From positions 127,677-191,676 of the forward strand of contig JBEKIG010000003.1 in assembly GCA_050011875.1 (NCBI GenBank): 64,000 nt of DNA, in the 5' to 3' direction. The stretch's first letter is position 1; each line of letters begins with the position of its first letter. Below the pieces are notes generated by a model, which was not told the DNA's origin, searched no databases, and saw only the letters and a program-made list of their open reading frames with translations. Origin of the DNA: Nitrososphaeria archaeon. GTDB taxonomy: Archaea > Thermoproteota > Nitrososphaeria > JACIWG01. The translations under genes and the position numbers were made by a program. This document shows positions 25,904 through 36,773 of the stretch, piece by piece.

Positions 25904-26590
25904 ATGATTCCGGTGGGAAGATTATGCGTGCTCTTTAAGGTAAAGTCATTGGAGGAATTGGCGAAGCTGGTCGTAGCCTCAAAGTCAACTGAAATCATGC
26001 AGTTCTATGGGGGAATATTCGTTTCAGGAACAGATAAAATGAAATACTATTTCACATTCGGCGACCCTGAGGAGATAAGCGAATTTATGGACGTCTATTT
26101 CACAGAGGGAGAAGAAATGGGGGGAAAGTTCTTGAAGTTTCCCGTTGCAGGCGGTGATGGCAAGATCGCTCCCGCGCAGGGGATAGAAGGTTCGGACGTC
26201 TTCATTCCCTTTATATATGTTGACGATAAGGTGGACTATAGGGATTTCCCCAAAGCTTCACCGCTCCTTGTGAAAACCAAGAGCTTTGAAGACCTTCTAA
26301 GATCGGCTCTTGGTTGGCCAACAGTAAGAGGTACCTTCCTGCTATACACTTGGAAACATGACGGTAGTAATGTCTACACTCTGAAGCTCACACAAAGAAT
26401 TTTTGATAAATGCAGAAGAATATATTTTACCTATCTCACTGACAAAGAATTTTCAGGGAATTTCATAAAATATAGGGTTACAAACATCGAAGAATGGAAG
26501 GCGTGCAAAGACATTATCGAGCCAAAGTGGGTCTATTTTCCGATTATTAGAATGGAAGAAGGCTTTAATGAGCTCTCCAAAATTCTTTAG
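25904..26590 (+). CDS. Hypothetical protein with two tandem homologous domains
   Basis: KVKSLEELAKL...GKFLKF...FIPFIYV and KTKSFEDLLRS...GNFIKY...YFPIIRM. Confidence 0.7.
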   Translation: MIPVGRLCVLFKVKSLEELAKLVVASKSTEIMQFYGGIFVSGTDKMKYYFTFGDPEEISEFMDVYFTEGEEMGGKFLKFPVAGGDGKIAPAQGIEGSDVFIPFIYVDDKVDYRDFPKASPLLVKTKSFEDLLRSALGWPTVRGTFLLYTWKHDGSNVYTLKLTQRIFDKCRRIYFTYLTDKEFSGNFIKYRVTNIEEWKACKDIIEPKWVYFPIIRMEEGFNELSKIL

Positions 26591-26897
26591 CATTCAACCT
26601 AAGGCTTTCTTCACCCAAATGTAGATAGTTGCACGCTCAAACTTCTTTTTTCTAAAAAACCCAAGAGCTCTGCGATTAGTTCAGAAGCCCCTTTCACTTA
26701 AATCAAATAAAGTTGCATTTACTTTTCAAAGATCTGGCGTAGATCTGGAATCTCCAATTATTACCTTATTTCAACTTCAACGGGAAATTCCTTATTATTT
26801 ATTGCGTCAGCGGTATAATAATATATTTAATCAGCTGGAGGACAGACAAAAAAAGAAAAAAGAAAGAAGAAAGTTATCTTTTCTCTTTCTTCAAGAT

Positions 26898-29261
26898 CTA
26901 TTCTTTCGTTAAGAGCCTTTTTAGTTCAGAAAGGCTTGACAGTATCAGTTTTTGTTCAACACTTGCTACAAGCTTCTTTGTTGTTACAACTGTGTCAGGG
27001 TTGACCGATACACTGTCTATTCCGTTCTCAACAAGGAATTTTGTTATCTCAGGGTACACCGATGGAGCTTGTCCACATATGCTTACTGTAACGTTGTTTT
27101 CGTGTGCAACCTTAATCAGGTGGGCGATTGACCTTAGCACTGCCGGATCTCTTTCATCAAAGTATCCCAGATTGCCTAGTATGCCGCTGTCTCTATCCGC
27201 ACCAAGGGTCAGCTGTGTAAGGTCGTTTGATCCAATGCTGAAACCATCGCAGAGTTTACTAAATTCGTCTGCTAGCACCACTATTGAAGGTACTTCTGCC
27301 ATTAACCAGAGTTTGAAATCTTTACTTCTTTTAAGGCCTTCTTCACTCATTATTTTTACCGCCTTCTCGACTTCCCATGTCGTTCTAACGAAGGGTAGCA
27401 TGAGCCAAACGTTCTTGAGACCCATTTCATCTCTTACTTTCTTCATAGCTTTGCATTCTAGTCTAAAGCCCGGTTCGTACTCTGGACTGATGTACCTTGA
27501 GACACCTCTCCATCCAATCATCGGGTTGTTTTCTTTAGGCTCATATTTCTCGCCACCTTTTAGAGCCGCATATTCGTTTGTTTTGAAGTCGCTCATTCTT
27601 ACAACAATTGGTCTCGGGTACACCGCGCCCGCCACCTTAGCTATGCCCTCCGCGAGTTTGTCAACAAAAACCTGTGACCTTCCCTGCTCAATAAGTGACA
27701 GCGGGTGTTCACCCACCCAATCTGCGACGATGAACTCAATTCTCATAAGTCCTATTCCATCGAATGGTAGATCCTTGTATTCGTCTGCTTTTCCAGGGTC
27801 TCCAAGGTTCATGTACACTTTTGTTCCAGTAATCGGTACAGCATTTGCTATTACCGCTGTAGCTGCTACAGCTTCACCTTTCACTTCAGGCTTTTCCTCC
27901 TCTATTATTCCCTCATAGATTATTCCTAGAGCTCCGTCCATTGAAACTTCCTGTCCCGTTTTCAGTACTTCAGTTGCTCCCTTAGTGCCTACGACGCAGG
28001 GCACACCTAGTTCCCTTGAGACTATTGCAGCGTGAGCGGTCATACCTCCACCGTTTGTTATGATCCCCGCCGCTTTTCTCATAGCAGGAACCCAGTCGGG
28101 AGCGGTCATTTCAGTAACTAGAATCTCACCTTCCTTGAAGTTTGCGATGTCCTTTACGTCCATTATAATATTGACCTTTCCTGAAGATCTACCTGGTGAA
28201 GCACCTAGTCCCCTTATCAAGACTTTCGCTGTCGATGCTTTGACTTTGGCGACCTCTGCTGTAGTCACCTTCGAAGACCATACAGTCTCAGGCCTAGCTT
28301 GAACAATATAGAGTTTGTTTGTGTCCGTGTCAAGAGCCCATTCAATATCCATGGGTCTGCCATAGTGTTTTTCTATAAGGTCAGCATCTTTACCTAATTC
28401 GATTACTTGTTCGTCAGACAGGCATGGTAGGTTCTGTAGATTCTTTGGAACTTCGACCTCTTTGCTGAATCCATCTATACCTTTTCCTTTTATTGTCATC
28501 AGGTTCTTCTGAGAGATATTCGCCTCAAGTATTTTGAAGCTACCCTTCTCCACCACCCATCTGTCTGGGTCAACATGACCTTGAACAACAGACTCCCCTA
28601 CACCCCAATCACCTTCGATTATAATCGCGTTCCTGTCTCCTGTCACCGGATTTAGCGTGAACATCACACCTGCGGTCTTGCTGTTGATCATCTTTTGCAC
28701 ACCGACTGAAAGCTTTACTTTAAAGTGATCGAACCCTTTTTCAACCCTATACGAGATTGCTCTCGGCGTAAAAAGTGAGCTGATGCATTTCTTTACGCTT
28801 TCTACGAGAGCGTCTCTTCCTTGTACAAACAGGTAGGTGTCTTGTTGTCCCGCAAACGACGCCGTCGGAAGGTCTTCGGCTGTAGCGCTACTCCTAACCG
28901 CTACCTCCGGATTGTTGATCCCTATCTTCTTTCCCAACGCTCTATAGTGTTCCATAAGTCCGTCTTCTAGAACCTTTGGAAATTCGCACGATTCGATCAG
29001 AGCACGGATCTTCTTCGATGTTTCAGTGAGCTTTTCTAGGTCATTAGTATCCACTCCTGACAGCAGTCCTACAATCTTTGGTGCAAGATTGGAAGCTTCG
29101 ATAAAACAATCGTATCCCGTTGAAGTCAGAGCAAATCCTGGTGGAACCGGTATTCCAGCGTTTACCATTTCACCCAGGCTTGAATTCTTTCCTCCAACAA
29201 GCGCTACGTCTTCCCTCCTAAGTTCCTCAAAATCTAAATAAAATTTTTCTTTTCTGGACAT
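26898..29261 (-). CDS. ppsA: Phosphoenolpyruvate synthase
   Basis: VGGKN, RSSATAED, QARPET, TAHAAIVSRELG (phospho-His) and SIGSNDLTQ. Confidence 0.96.
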   Translation of the reverse strand: MSRKEKFYLDFEELRREDVALVGGKNSSLGEMVNAGIPVPPGFALTSTGYDCFIEASNLAPKIVGLLSGVDTNDLEKLTETSKKIRALIESCEFPKVLEDGLMEHYRALGKKIGINNPEVAVRSSATAEDLPTASFAGQQDTYLFVQGRDALVESVKKCISSLFTPRAISYRVEKGFDHFKVKLSVGVQKMINSKTAGVMFTLNPVTGDRNAIIIEGDWGVGESVVQGHVDPDRWVVEKGSFKILEANISQKNLMTIKGKGIDGFSKEVEVPKNLQNLPCLSDEQVIELGKDADLIEKHYGRPMDIEWALDTDTNKLYIVQARPETVWSSKVTTAEVAKVKASTAKVLIRGLGASPGRSSGKVNIIMDVKDIANFKEGEILVTEMTAPDWVPAMRKAAGIITNGGGMTAHAAIVSRELGVPCVVGTKGATEVLKTGQEVSMDGALGIIYEGIIEEEKPEVKGEAVAATAVIANAVPITGTKVYMNLGDPGKADEYKDLPFDGIGLMRIEFIVADWVGEHPLSLIEQGRSQVFVDKLAEGIAKVAGAVYPRPIVVRMSDFKTNEYAALKGGEKYEPKENNPMIGWRGVSRYISPEYEPGFRLECKAMKKVRDEMGLKNVWLMLPFVRTTWEVEKAVKIMSEEGLKRSKDFKLWLMAEVPSIVVLADEFSKLCDGFSIGSNDLTQLTLGADRDSGILGNLGYFDERDPAVLRSIAHLIKVAHENNVTVSICGQAPSVYPEITKFLVENGIDSVSVNPDTVVTTKKLVASVEQKLILSSLSELKRLLTKE

Positions 29262-29380
29262 TCTATATCATCGGTTTTGGCTCAAAATAACTGATATATA
29301 AACATCTTATTTTTTCAGTCCGATCTTTGAAGAAGATCGCTTCTACTGGAGGACGTTCATCGAATCGCCTATGGAATGAT

Positions 29381-30901
29381 CTAGAGCTCCATTTCACTGA
29401 AAATTTTTGTAGCGGAATACAAGAAGAAGACCGTTACTATGATAGCGTAGACGATGGAAAAAAGCGTCAGGATCAAGATATAGAGATCTGATAGATTAAG
29501 TATTTGGACGATAAAGGAAGGAATAAGAATTGGTAGTGAAATCAGCACGAAAAAAAGCATTCCCATCATGTATACGTATGGTGTGAATAACTTCCTTTTT
29601 ACAGTCCAGATACCGTAGAAGGTGCCTAAGGCGGAGTTGGATAAAGAGAGAAGAACAGAGGATAGTATCAAGCCTATGCTTAGGTAACCTGTCCATAACG
29701 AGCCTATTATGAGGGCGATCGCCAACATGGGAAGATAGAGTAGCAGTTGCCAAAGGAAGACACTAAAAACATAGGATTTTACCTTGCAAGAAAAGGTCTT
29801 CAAGATCCAGAAATAGTCACCGAATTCGGTTATCCACAGCTGTGCAAGAATAATCGGGAAAAAGATCGGTATGAAAAGTATTACGAAAGAATTCATTTGA
29901 ATGCTCTGGAATTCGAGTGCCTTTGAAGTTATAAAAAGGTAAGGAAGGTTTAAAAAAATGAATGTCAATAGAAGGCCGTACAGATCTCCGAAACGTAATG
30001 TTCTTACAAGTGATTCCTTAACGTGGAATAAAACTGTACTTTTTGGAGCCTGTTCAAGGGACACTGGTATTGAAAAACGATTCATCTGCTTCAGGAGATT
30101 CTGCTGCTGTTGTACCTGATATCTGAAGCTCGTGTCAAACGCGGCTCTTAATGGAATAACCTGTGCGTAAGGAATAAAGTTCAGCGAAGATGCTTTTTGC
30201 CATAGAAAAAGAGAGAAAATAATCCAAAAGCATACTGAAATCACAGGGGCAACAGCCAAGATTCCTACAGGGTTGGCTAACAATTCTTGAGCAGAACCTA
30301 CTGGAGAAATCAGATTAGCTACGTATGGTACACTGTGATATATCAGTAGAAAAGGTATCGGAGCACAGAATGCGATCAGGACAGCCGTAACCAAAACTCT
30401 AACCAGGCTGCGATTGTAGAAGATTATTAAAACCTTAAAACTATTTTCTAATACAACTGAAATGCCTAAAATAATAAAGATTAACATAAAAAAGAGAATA
30501 TAAAGAACCTTCAACAATAAAATGATAACAATAAATGAGATAAAAAAAGGGAGGCAGAGTATGAAGAGAATAAGGGTGAGATCGTACAAGGTCTTTGCCA
30601 CGAAGAACTGCCGCGCATTTATGGGCGCAGAAAAAATGAAATCTCTCTCATAGTCGATAACACTTATCTGGCTTATCAAGGAATAGAAAAGGAAAAGAAC
30701 AGGAAGAAGATAGAGAACAGGATACTGCAAGACAATTTGAACTAGTATGTCCTTAGATGAGCCGTTTCCACTCAAAATTAGGGGGATGATCCCTAACCCG
30801 GACAACGAATATAATAGAAATAGCAGGAGGGCGGCTTTAGACCTCCTAAATGAACCGAATGACGCAACAAGTCTCATTAAATAAATTTCTTTTATTGCCA
30901 A
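29381..30901 (-). CDS. ABC exporter permease (multi-TM)
   Basis: About 12 hydrophobic segments, directly downstream of an ABC ATPase. Confidence 0.75.
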   Translation of the reverse strand: MAIKEIYLMRLVASFGSFRRSKAALLLFLLYSLSGLGIIPLILSGNGSSKDILVQIVLQYPVLYLLPVLFLFYSLISQISVIDYERDFIFSAPINARQFFVAKTLYDLTLILFILCLPFFISFIVIILLLKVLYILFFMLIFIILGISVVLENSFKVLIIFYNRSLVRVLVTAVLIAFCAPIPFLLIYHSVPYVANLISPVGSAQELLANPVGILAVAPVISVCFWIIFSLFLWQKASSLNFIPYAQVIPLRAAFDTSFRYQVQQQQNLLKQMNRFSIPVSLEQAPKSTVLFHVKESLVRTLRFGDLYGLLLTFIFLNLPYLFITSKALEFQSIQMNSFVILFIPIFFPIILAQLWITEFGDYFWILKTFSCKVKSYVFSVFLWQLLLYLPMLAIALIIGSLWTGYLSIGLILSSVLLSLSNSALGTFYGIWTVKRKLFTPYVYMMGMLFFVLISLPILIPSFIVQILNLSDLYILILTLFSIVYAIIVTVFFLYSATKIFSEMEL

Positions 30902-30907
30902 AATTGT

Positions 30908-31747
30908 CTACAACCTTCTTAGACGACTTAAGAAACTCTTCTTCTGTTTCGACGGTGATTCAGTATTTTCCTGAACAATAGATTCCTTCGTCAAAGAAAG
31001 GAAAAGCTGTTCAAGAGTAGTATCTTTACCCGCGTGTGCAAGATCTCTGAGCTCTTGCAGGTTCCCTGTTGCAACATTCTTTCCCCTACTTATTATTGCG
31101 ACCCTATCACAGAATCTTTCTGCAAGGTCTAATAGATGTGTAGATAAGAGAACGGAGCAACCTGATTCTACAAGTTCTTTTATTATCGACTTCAGTTCAA
31201 ATTGACCCTCAGGATCAATGCCTATAAAGGGCTCATCCAAAAGCAGAATTTTAGGATCTTCCAAAAGAGTTGACGAGAAGACGAGTTTCTGTTTCATACC
31301 CTTCGATAGGGAAGTGATAAGGCTTTTCTTCTTTTCAAAAAGATTGAATTTACTAAATAGCTCGTCAATCCTTTTCCTTAAGACATCTTCAGGAATGTTT
31401 CTTATTCGACCAACATAATACAGAAATTCATAAGAATTCAAGTACTCAGGAATAGTCGCGGCCTCTGGGACGTAGCCTAAATAACTCTTATATTTAGAAA
31501 CTTCTTTGTCTATGTCATATCCTACAACATTTACAGTACCCTGATCTTTCTTCACTAAACCTAGGATTATCTTAATGGTTGTGGTCTTCCCTGACCCATT
31601 AGGACCGATAAGTCCTAGGACTTCACCCTTATTCATGTACAAAGATAAACCGTTTAATGCCGGCACTCCATCATATGCTTTCCACAGGTTATAAACGTAA
31701 AGTGTCGCAAATGTAGGGTCGTATTTTTCGAATATGTTATTTAACAT
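30908..31747 (-). CDS. ABC transporter ATP-binding protein
   Basis: GPNGSGKT, LSKGMKQ, LLLDEP and STH. Confidence 0.95.
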   Translation of the reverse strand: MLNNIFEKYDPTFATLYVYNLWKAYDGVPALNGLSLYMNKGEVLGLIGPNGSGKTTTIKIILGLVKKDQGTVNVVGYDIDKEVSKYKSYLGYVPEAATIPEYLNSYEFLYYVGRIRNIPEDVLRKRIDELFSKFNLFEKKKSLITSLSKGMKQKLVFSSTLLEDPKILLLDEPFIGIDPEGQFELKSIIKELVESGCSVLLSTHLLDLAERFCDRVAIISRGKNVATGNLQELRDLAHAGKDTTLEQLFLSLTKESIVQENTESPSKQKKSFLSRLRRL

Positions 31748-31857
31748 GACGCCACTTGCTACGACTCGAAATATAAAAAATCTTGTGGCGTGTTAATTTT
31801 ACCTTATTCAAGGAATTTTATACATCTGAGCTACGAAATCTCTTAATGTTTTTCGAA

Positions 31858-32139
31858 CTACTCCTTTACTTCCACGAATAGGTTAGGGTCAATTTCTTTG
31901 AGCATACCCAAGATTTCCTCGATTGCAAGAATAGAACCTTTTAGGTTCCAGCTTATTTTTTCTATTGAAGCTTTATTGAGTTCAGGTTCGATGGATATTA
32001 TTGAAACAAACTTTTCTTTGATAACGTAATATTCATAACTGTGCATTCTAACCTGATAACCGCTATCAACCAATTTTTTTCTGAGAAGAATACGTTTTTC
32101 CAGAAATTTAAAAGGGGAGGACATCAAAGTTATTTTCAT
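31858..32139 (-). CDS. Hypothetical protein
   Basis: 93-aa ORF co-oriented with its neighbours, with protein-like composition. Confidence 0.55.
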   Translation of the reverse strand: MKITLMSSPFKFLEKRILLRKKLVDSGYQVRMHSYEYYVIKEKFVSIISIEPELNKASIEKISWNLKGSILAIEEILGMLKEIDPNLFVEVKE

Positions 32140-32456
32140 TTGAATTAATATTTAAGCATTGCACAAAAATATTTCAGTTTATAATATTTATTGCAATTAT
32201 AATCGAATTCTTTAAAAAATATTGGGGCTGCGATCATGAAAGCTAACGGACTTTAAGCACAATGATCTTGGATTATTCTTGTTAACAACAGACTCATAAA
32301 TTTCCAAAACAAAACATTTCACAAATATTAGGAAATTGAATATGTCAATCTAAAGAAATAATATATATTATCTGTTTATAACATTGTACTGGATTAAAAC
32401 GGAACATTGATGCTGGAGAATTATGGCAAATCAATGGAACAAATAGGGGGATAAAA

Positions 32457-33380
32457 TTGAATGAGATATCTTTAGATCTGAGCCCCTATGACCTCTTCAA
32501 CGCCGATTATTGCTTTACAAGCGGGCAGATTTTTGGATGGAAAAAGATAAATGGATACTGGTATGGAGTCACAAAGTGTAAGCTTCTTAAAATTTATCAA
32601 AAAGAGAATACCCTCTTAATTGATTCAGAAGATGATATAAAAGAGAAGGAGGTTGTTGATTTTCTTAGATTGGAGGACCATAAAAACGATATTGATAGAA
32701 AAATCGCTCTAAACCAATTTATGTCTGGCGCGATATCAAGATTTTCAGCAGTTAGGATCCTTAAACAAGACCCAGCCGAGACGATAATAAGCTATATCTG
32801 TGCACAAAATAAAAACATACCTGCAATAGAGAAGATGATATATGAGCTTTCTAGAATGTTTGGTTCCAAGAAGGAAATGGATTCAATATCATTCTATACA
32901 CTTCCTAATTTTAGTAAAATTTCAAATTTGTGTTTAAAAGATCTTTTGACAGCGGGACTCGGATATAGAGCAAAATACCTCTTGGAGACGGGGAGGAGAA
33001 TTCAAGGAGATAATACTCTCATCGATGAAATAGCTAACATGGAATATCATGAAGCTTGGAAGAAGATGGCTTTTGGAGAAATGAAGCTTTCTGGGGTCGG
33101 TCCAAAGGTCGCCGATTGCATACTGCTTTATGGCTTTGGTAAAATGGAAGCGTTTCCGATAGACATCTGGATATCAAGAACATACGCAACAGCAATGGAG
33201 GGCCTAATAGACGATGAGAATCTTGACTTCTTCCGAAACATGATCTACGCGAAAAAGAATCCAGGTAAAAGACTTTATTTGGAACTCGGTGACTCAGCTA
33301 GAAAGGTTTTCGGTAAATATGCGGGTTACGCACAGCTATACATGTATATGTATAGACGGAACTATTTTAGATATCTTTAA
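32457..33380 (+). CDS. 8-oxoguanine DNA glycosylase (Ogg1-type HhH-GPD)
   Basis: SGQIFGW, LKQDP, GLGYRAKY, GVGPKVADC, AFPID and YAGYAQLY. Confidence 0.88.
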   Translation: MNEISLDLSPYDLFNADYCFTSGQIFGWKKINGYWYGVTKCKLLKIYQKENTLLIDSEDDIKEKEVVDFLRLEDHKNDIDRKIALNQFMSGAISRFSAVRILKQDPAETIISYICAQNKNIPAIEKMIYELSRMFGSKKEMDSISFYTLPNFSKISNLCLKDLLTAGLGYRAKYLLETGRRIQGDNTLIDEIANMEYHEAWKKMAFGEMKLSGVGPKVADCILLYGFGKMEAFPIDIWISRTYATAMEGLIDDENLDFFRNMIYAKKNPGKRLYLELGDSARKVFGKYAGYAQLYMYMYRRNYFRYL

Positions 33381-33951
33381 CTGAAATAAAGTTGAGAGCG
33401 GATCTTGAAGCGAGCCTGGCAATTCTAATCGGATCAGGGATAGCACCTTGCAGAGTGAACTTGTCAACGACGTACTTCGCATCTTCAACGCTTATTCCTG
33501 AACACCTAAGGAAAACATGCTTACCGGTATGTAGTGTAACAAGCGTTCTATCTCCAAGTTTCCTGTACAGTTCTATCTTTTCAGGTTCGTCAGGAAAATG
33601 ATGTCTCAAATGTTCCTCTAAACCTTCAGAGGGCCTGTAAGTAATTGAGATAATCGGAATCCCTATGGAAGCGAACAGGTTGTCGATGTCGACTATATTG
33701 AATAGGCTAACGACGCTTCCTCCAATCATAATAACGTTCACATCTTTTCTTTCTAACTGCTTAAACATTTCAACTATCGATTCAGTGACATCGTCTCCAC
33801 CTAAAGTTGCTTTCCCAAATACGAATCCGTCAATAACGAGATCGGATCTCATGACAACCCCCGACAAAACTGAAAAAGCAAGCGAGCCCTTTCTAAAGCT
33901 CTCTGCAACACCAAAACAACGGATCGCCTTTTTCTGGTAATGTACACGCAT
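33367..33951 (-). CDS. DUF99 family (endonuclease V-like) protein
   Basis: GVAESF, GVVMRSDLVIDG, FNIVD and IPDPIRIA. Confidence 0.85.
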   Translation of the reverse strand: MRVHYQKKAIRCFGVAESFRKGSLAFSVLSGVVMRSDLVIDGFVFGKATLGGDDVTESIVEMFKQLERKDVNVIMIGGSVVSLFNIVDIDNLFASIGIPIISITYRPSEGLEEHLRHHFPDEPEKIELYRKLGDRTLVTLHTGKHVFLRCSGISVEDAKYVVDKFTLQGAIPDPIRIARLASRSALNFISVKDI

Positions 33952-34105
33952 TGAAATAATAAAAAATGCATGCAATATAAAACGGTTTGCTCTACTGTTA
34001 TAATTCCCTTAAATAAGAAAATAAATAGTCTAAGAACCCACACATTACTTTTTCTCATTGTAGAAATTCATATATAGACGCGCTATCTCCCCGTAGTCGA
34101 GAGAT

Positions 34106-34249
34106 ATGCAAGGATACTGTGTTAAATGTAAGACAAAAAGGGAAATAAAGAACCCCACGCAAGTCACTCTTAAGAATGACAAACCAGCGGTCAAGGGCAC
34201 CTGCCCTGAATGCGGAACCTCAATGTTCGTAATGGGAAAGAAGCTCTAA
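34106..34249 (+). CDS. DUF5679-like small basic zinc-ribbon protein (47 aa)
   Basis: MQGYCVKCKTKREIKNPTQVTLKNDKPAVKGTCPECGTSMFVMGKKL, preceded by a TATA-like CATATATAG and followed by a T-rich tract. Not in the ORF track. Confidence 0.85.
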   Translation: MQGYCVKCKTKREIKNPTQVTLKNDKPAVKGTCPECGTSMFVMGKKL

Positions 34250-34343
34250 AAACCCTTCCCCTTTTCTTTTTGTAAATCAATAGAAACATTTTATGCTACT
34301 TTTTGATAATAAGAAAGCAGACAACAGTTTATAAAGGTGGGAA

Positions 34344-35426
34344 ATGCTGTGGAAAACGTATCAGGTGTTGATGTTGTCAAAGATTAGAGTCGCTTTAATA
34401 GGAATCGGAAATTGTGCATCGTCCTTTGTTCAAGGTCTTAGCTATTATTCGAAATGTAAAAAGCAAGAAGATTGCAAAGGATTGAAGAACTTTTGTTTAG
34501 GAGGATTCTATCCCTCAGACATTCAGATCGCAGCAGCTTTGGATGTGGATAAAACTAAAGTCGGTAAAAGTTTAGAAAAGGCGATTTTTTCTGGCCCTAA
34601 CAACACGCCAAAACTTTCTGACGTACCTGACATGAATGTTAGAGTCGAGAAGGGCCCAGTTTTAGATGGTATCGGAGAGAGTCTTAAATCAGTCGTTCAG
34701 ATAGACGATAAACCTGTATCTGACGTAATCAATGTATTAAGACAAAGTAAATCGGAAATATTAGTTAATCTGCTTCCAAGTGGGGCAGTTAAAGCAACTA
34801 AATGGTATGCCGAGCAGGCCGTTAAAGCGGGGTGTGCATTCGTTAACGCTACACCAGTTTTTATAGCAGGCGATAATGAATGGGCCCAACTTTTTAGTAA
34901 TGCAGGATTACCTTTGGTAGGTGATGATCTGATAGACCAGTTCGGAGCTACGACACTCCACAAGACCCTCTTGAGTCTGCTTACAAAAAATGGTGTGAGA
35001 ACAACAGAGACATATCAACTTGATGTAGGCGGTGGCACCGAATCACTTGACACAATGGAAAGGACAAAGGAAACTAAAAGGACCATTAAGACCAAGGCTA
35101 TTGAAGCATCATTACCCTACAAGGCTGAAGTGGTCGCGGGGTCAACTGATTATGTTGAATTCCTTCAAAATAAGAGGGACAGCTATTTCTGGCTGAGGGG
35201 AACATACTTCTGCGATACACCACTTCTGATCGATTTAAAGCTTTCAACAGTTGACGGACCAAACGCTGGTTCAGTGCTATTCGATGTTGTAAGAGCGACA
35301 AAGATTGCGATTGCAAAGAGCGTCAAAGGAACTGTGCTGCCGATATCAGCCTACGCTTTTAAGAACCCTCCAAAGCAGGTTCCTCTCGAAAAAGCAGAGG
35401 AAATGTTCCTCAAGTTCGTTGATTAA
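34344..35426 (+). CDS. ino1: Myo-inositol-1-phosphate synthase (start may be 34371)
   Basis: IGIGNCASS, FVNATP, VGDD, GATTLH and SAYAFKNPP. Confidence 0.9.
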   Translation: MLWKTYQVLMLSKIRVALIGIGNCASSFVQGLSYYSKCKKQEDCKGLKNFCLGGFYPSDIQIAAALDVDKTKVGKSLEKAIFSGPNNTPKLSDVPDMNVRVEKGPVLDGIGESLKSVVQIDDKPVSDVINVLRQSKSEILVNLLPSGAVKATKWYAEQAVKAGCAFVNATPVFIAGDNEWAQLFSNAGLPLVGDDLIDQFGATTLHKTLLSLLTKNGVRTTETYQLDVGGGTESLDTMERTKETKRTIKTKAIEASLPYKAEVVAGSTDYVEFLQNKRDSYFWLRGTYFCDTPLLIDLKLSTVDGPNAGSVLFDVVRATKIAIAKSVKGTVLPISAYAFKNPPKQVPLEKAEEMFLKFVD

Positions 35427-35459
35427 ATAACGAATGAAAAAATTGAAGCATAAGAAAGC

Positions 35460-35900
35460 TTAATTTAACATTTTTCTCATCAAATAAGCATCTCCTCCAT
35501 CAGGGTAGTATTGTGAGATGGTTTCGACTAAAACGAAATTATTCTTTTTATAAAAGTTTATTGCCGCAACATTAGACACATTCACCTGCAGTTCCAAATA
35601 TCCCACTTTCTTTCTAAGATCTTCTACGGCGTAATCAACCAGCATCTGGCCTATTCCTCTTCTTCTATAATCGGGTAAAACAGCTATTGACACGATCGAA
35701 CCCTTACCGCCAGAAACCGAATATGCAACATATCCCGTAATACGGCCGCCATCATCTACAACAATAAAGCCCTCAGGATAATTCTTAAGCAGAAAATAGA
35801 ACATATAGCGTGAGAAAGGTTTGGAAAAAGAAGCGATCTCTACCTTCTCAACTTCGTCTAAATCGCTTAAAGAACACCTTCTAAGAAGCAGATGTATCAT
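35460..35900 (-). CDS. rimI: RimI/Ard1-like N-acetyltransferase
   Basis: SIAVLPDYRRRGIG, NVAAINFY and YYPDGGDAYLM. Confidence 0.88.
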   Translation of the reverse strand: MIHLLLRRCSLSDLDEVEKVEIASFSKPFSRYMFYFLLKNYPEGFIVVDDGGRITGYVAYSVSGGKGSIVSIAVLPDYRRRGIGQMLVDYAVEDLRKKVGYLELQVNVSNVAAINFYKKNNFVLVETISQYYPDGGDAYLMRKMLN

Positions 35901-36077
35901 ATTATGAACTTAATTTCCCCCTTTTAAATCAATCGGTAAAAGATTTTATGAAATAAAACTAATCAGAAAAATGTCACTAAAAGGTCCATTTACTCAAAAA
36001 GGAGAAATAGTTGCACTAGCCTTTAGCTCGGAAGCAGATAAAACTAATTAAACCCCCTTTCTGATTAAAATGATAAA

Positions 36078-36773
36078 ATGCCCCAAAAGGTCATATATTA
36101 CCCGCATCCAAGAATGTATCTCACTATTCTTGCGGTTTTATTATTTATAATAGCTATATTATTTTTCTTCGGAGTCATAGGAATCGCCTTCAACAAAATC
36201 GGTCTCAGTTCGGGTGTTGTAATAATTATACTTATTGGAACCCTTTTGGGAAGTACGGTCAACATACCGTTATTCAAGATGCGATCAACTATCCCCATTG
36301 TTAGAACACAAGAAGTCAATTTCTATGGGCTAACATTTAAAATCCCCACAATCAGCGAGGGAATAAACTACACGACTATCTCAATAAATCTTGGGGGGGC
36401 AATAATACCGATCATCGTCAGCACATATATTTTGATAAAGAACCCTGACTCACTATTATTCGGAGTAGTTAGTATAACTATAGTTACTCTTATAACCCAT
36501 CTGGTCGCAAAACCTAGACCAGGAATAGGAATAGTGTCACCCGCATTTGTATCACCGATCGTCGCCGCCCTAACAGCTTTACTTCTCCCTATACCCTCGC
36601 TACATCGACCGATCGTTGCTTACGTAGGAGGAGTGATTGGTACCCTTATCGGTGCCGACCTAACTAATCTACATAAAATAAGTGTACTAGGTGCACCGGT
36701 GGCAAGTATAGGGGGAGCGGGAACTTTTGACGGCATATTCTTAAGTGGAATTCTTGCAGCTATACTTGCTTAA
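36078..36773 (+). CDS. DUF1614 membrane protein
   Basis: GSTVNIP, INLGGAIIP, GTLIGADL and SIGGAGTFDGIFL. Confidence 0.9.
   Translation: MPQKVIYYPHPRMYLTILAVLLFIIAILFFFGVIGIAFNKIGLSSGVVIIILIGTLLGSTVNIPLFKMRSTIPIVRTQEVNFYGLTFKIPTISEGINYTTISINLGGAIIPIIVSTYILIKNPDSLLFGVVSITIVTLITHLVAKPRPGIGIVSPAFVSPIVAALTALLLPIPSLHRPIVAYVGGVIGTLIGADLTNLHKISVLGAPVASIGGAGTFDGIFLSGILAAILA

Noticed and set aside
26992-27918. 308-aa + strand ORF
   Set aside because: It is an antisense shadow of ppsA. The same applies to the many short ORFs opposite hppA, pgk, gap, pfkA and the oxidoreductase genes.
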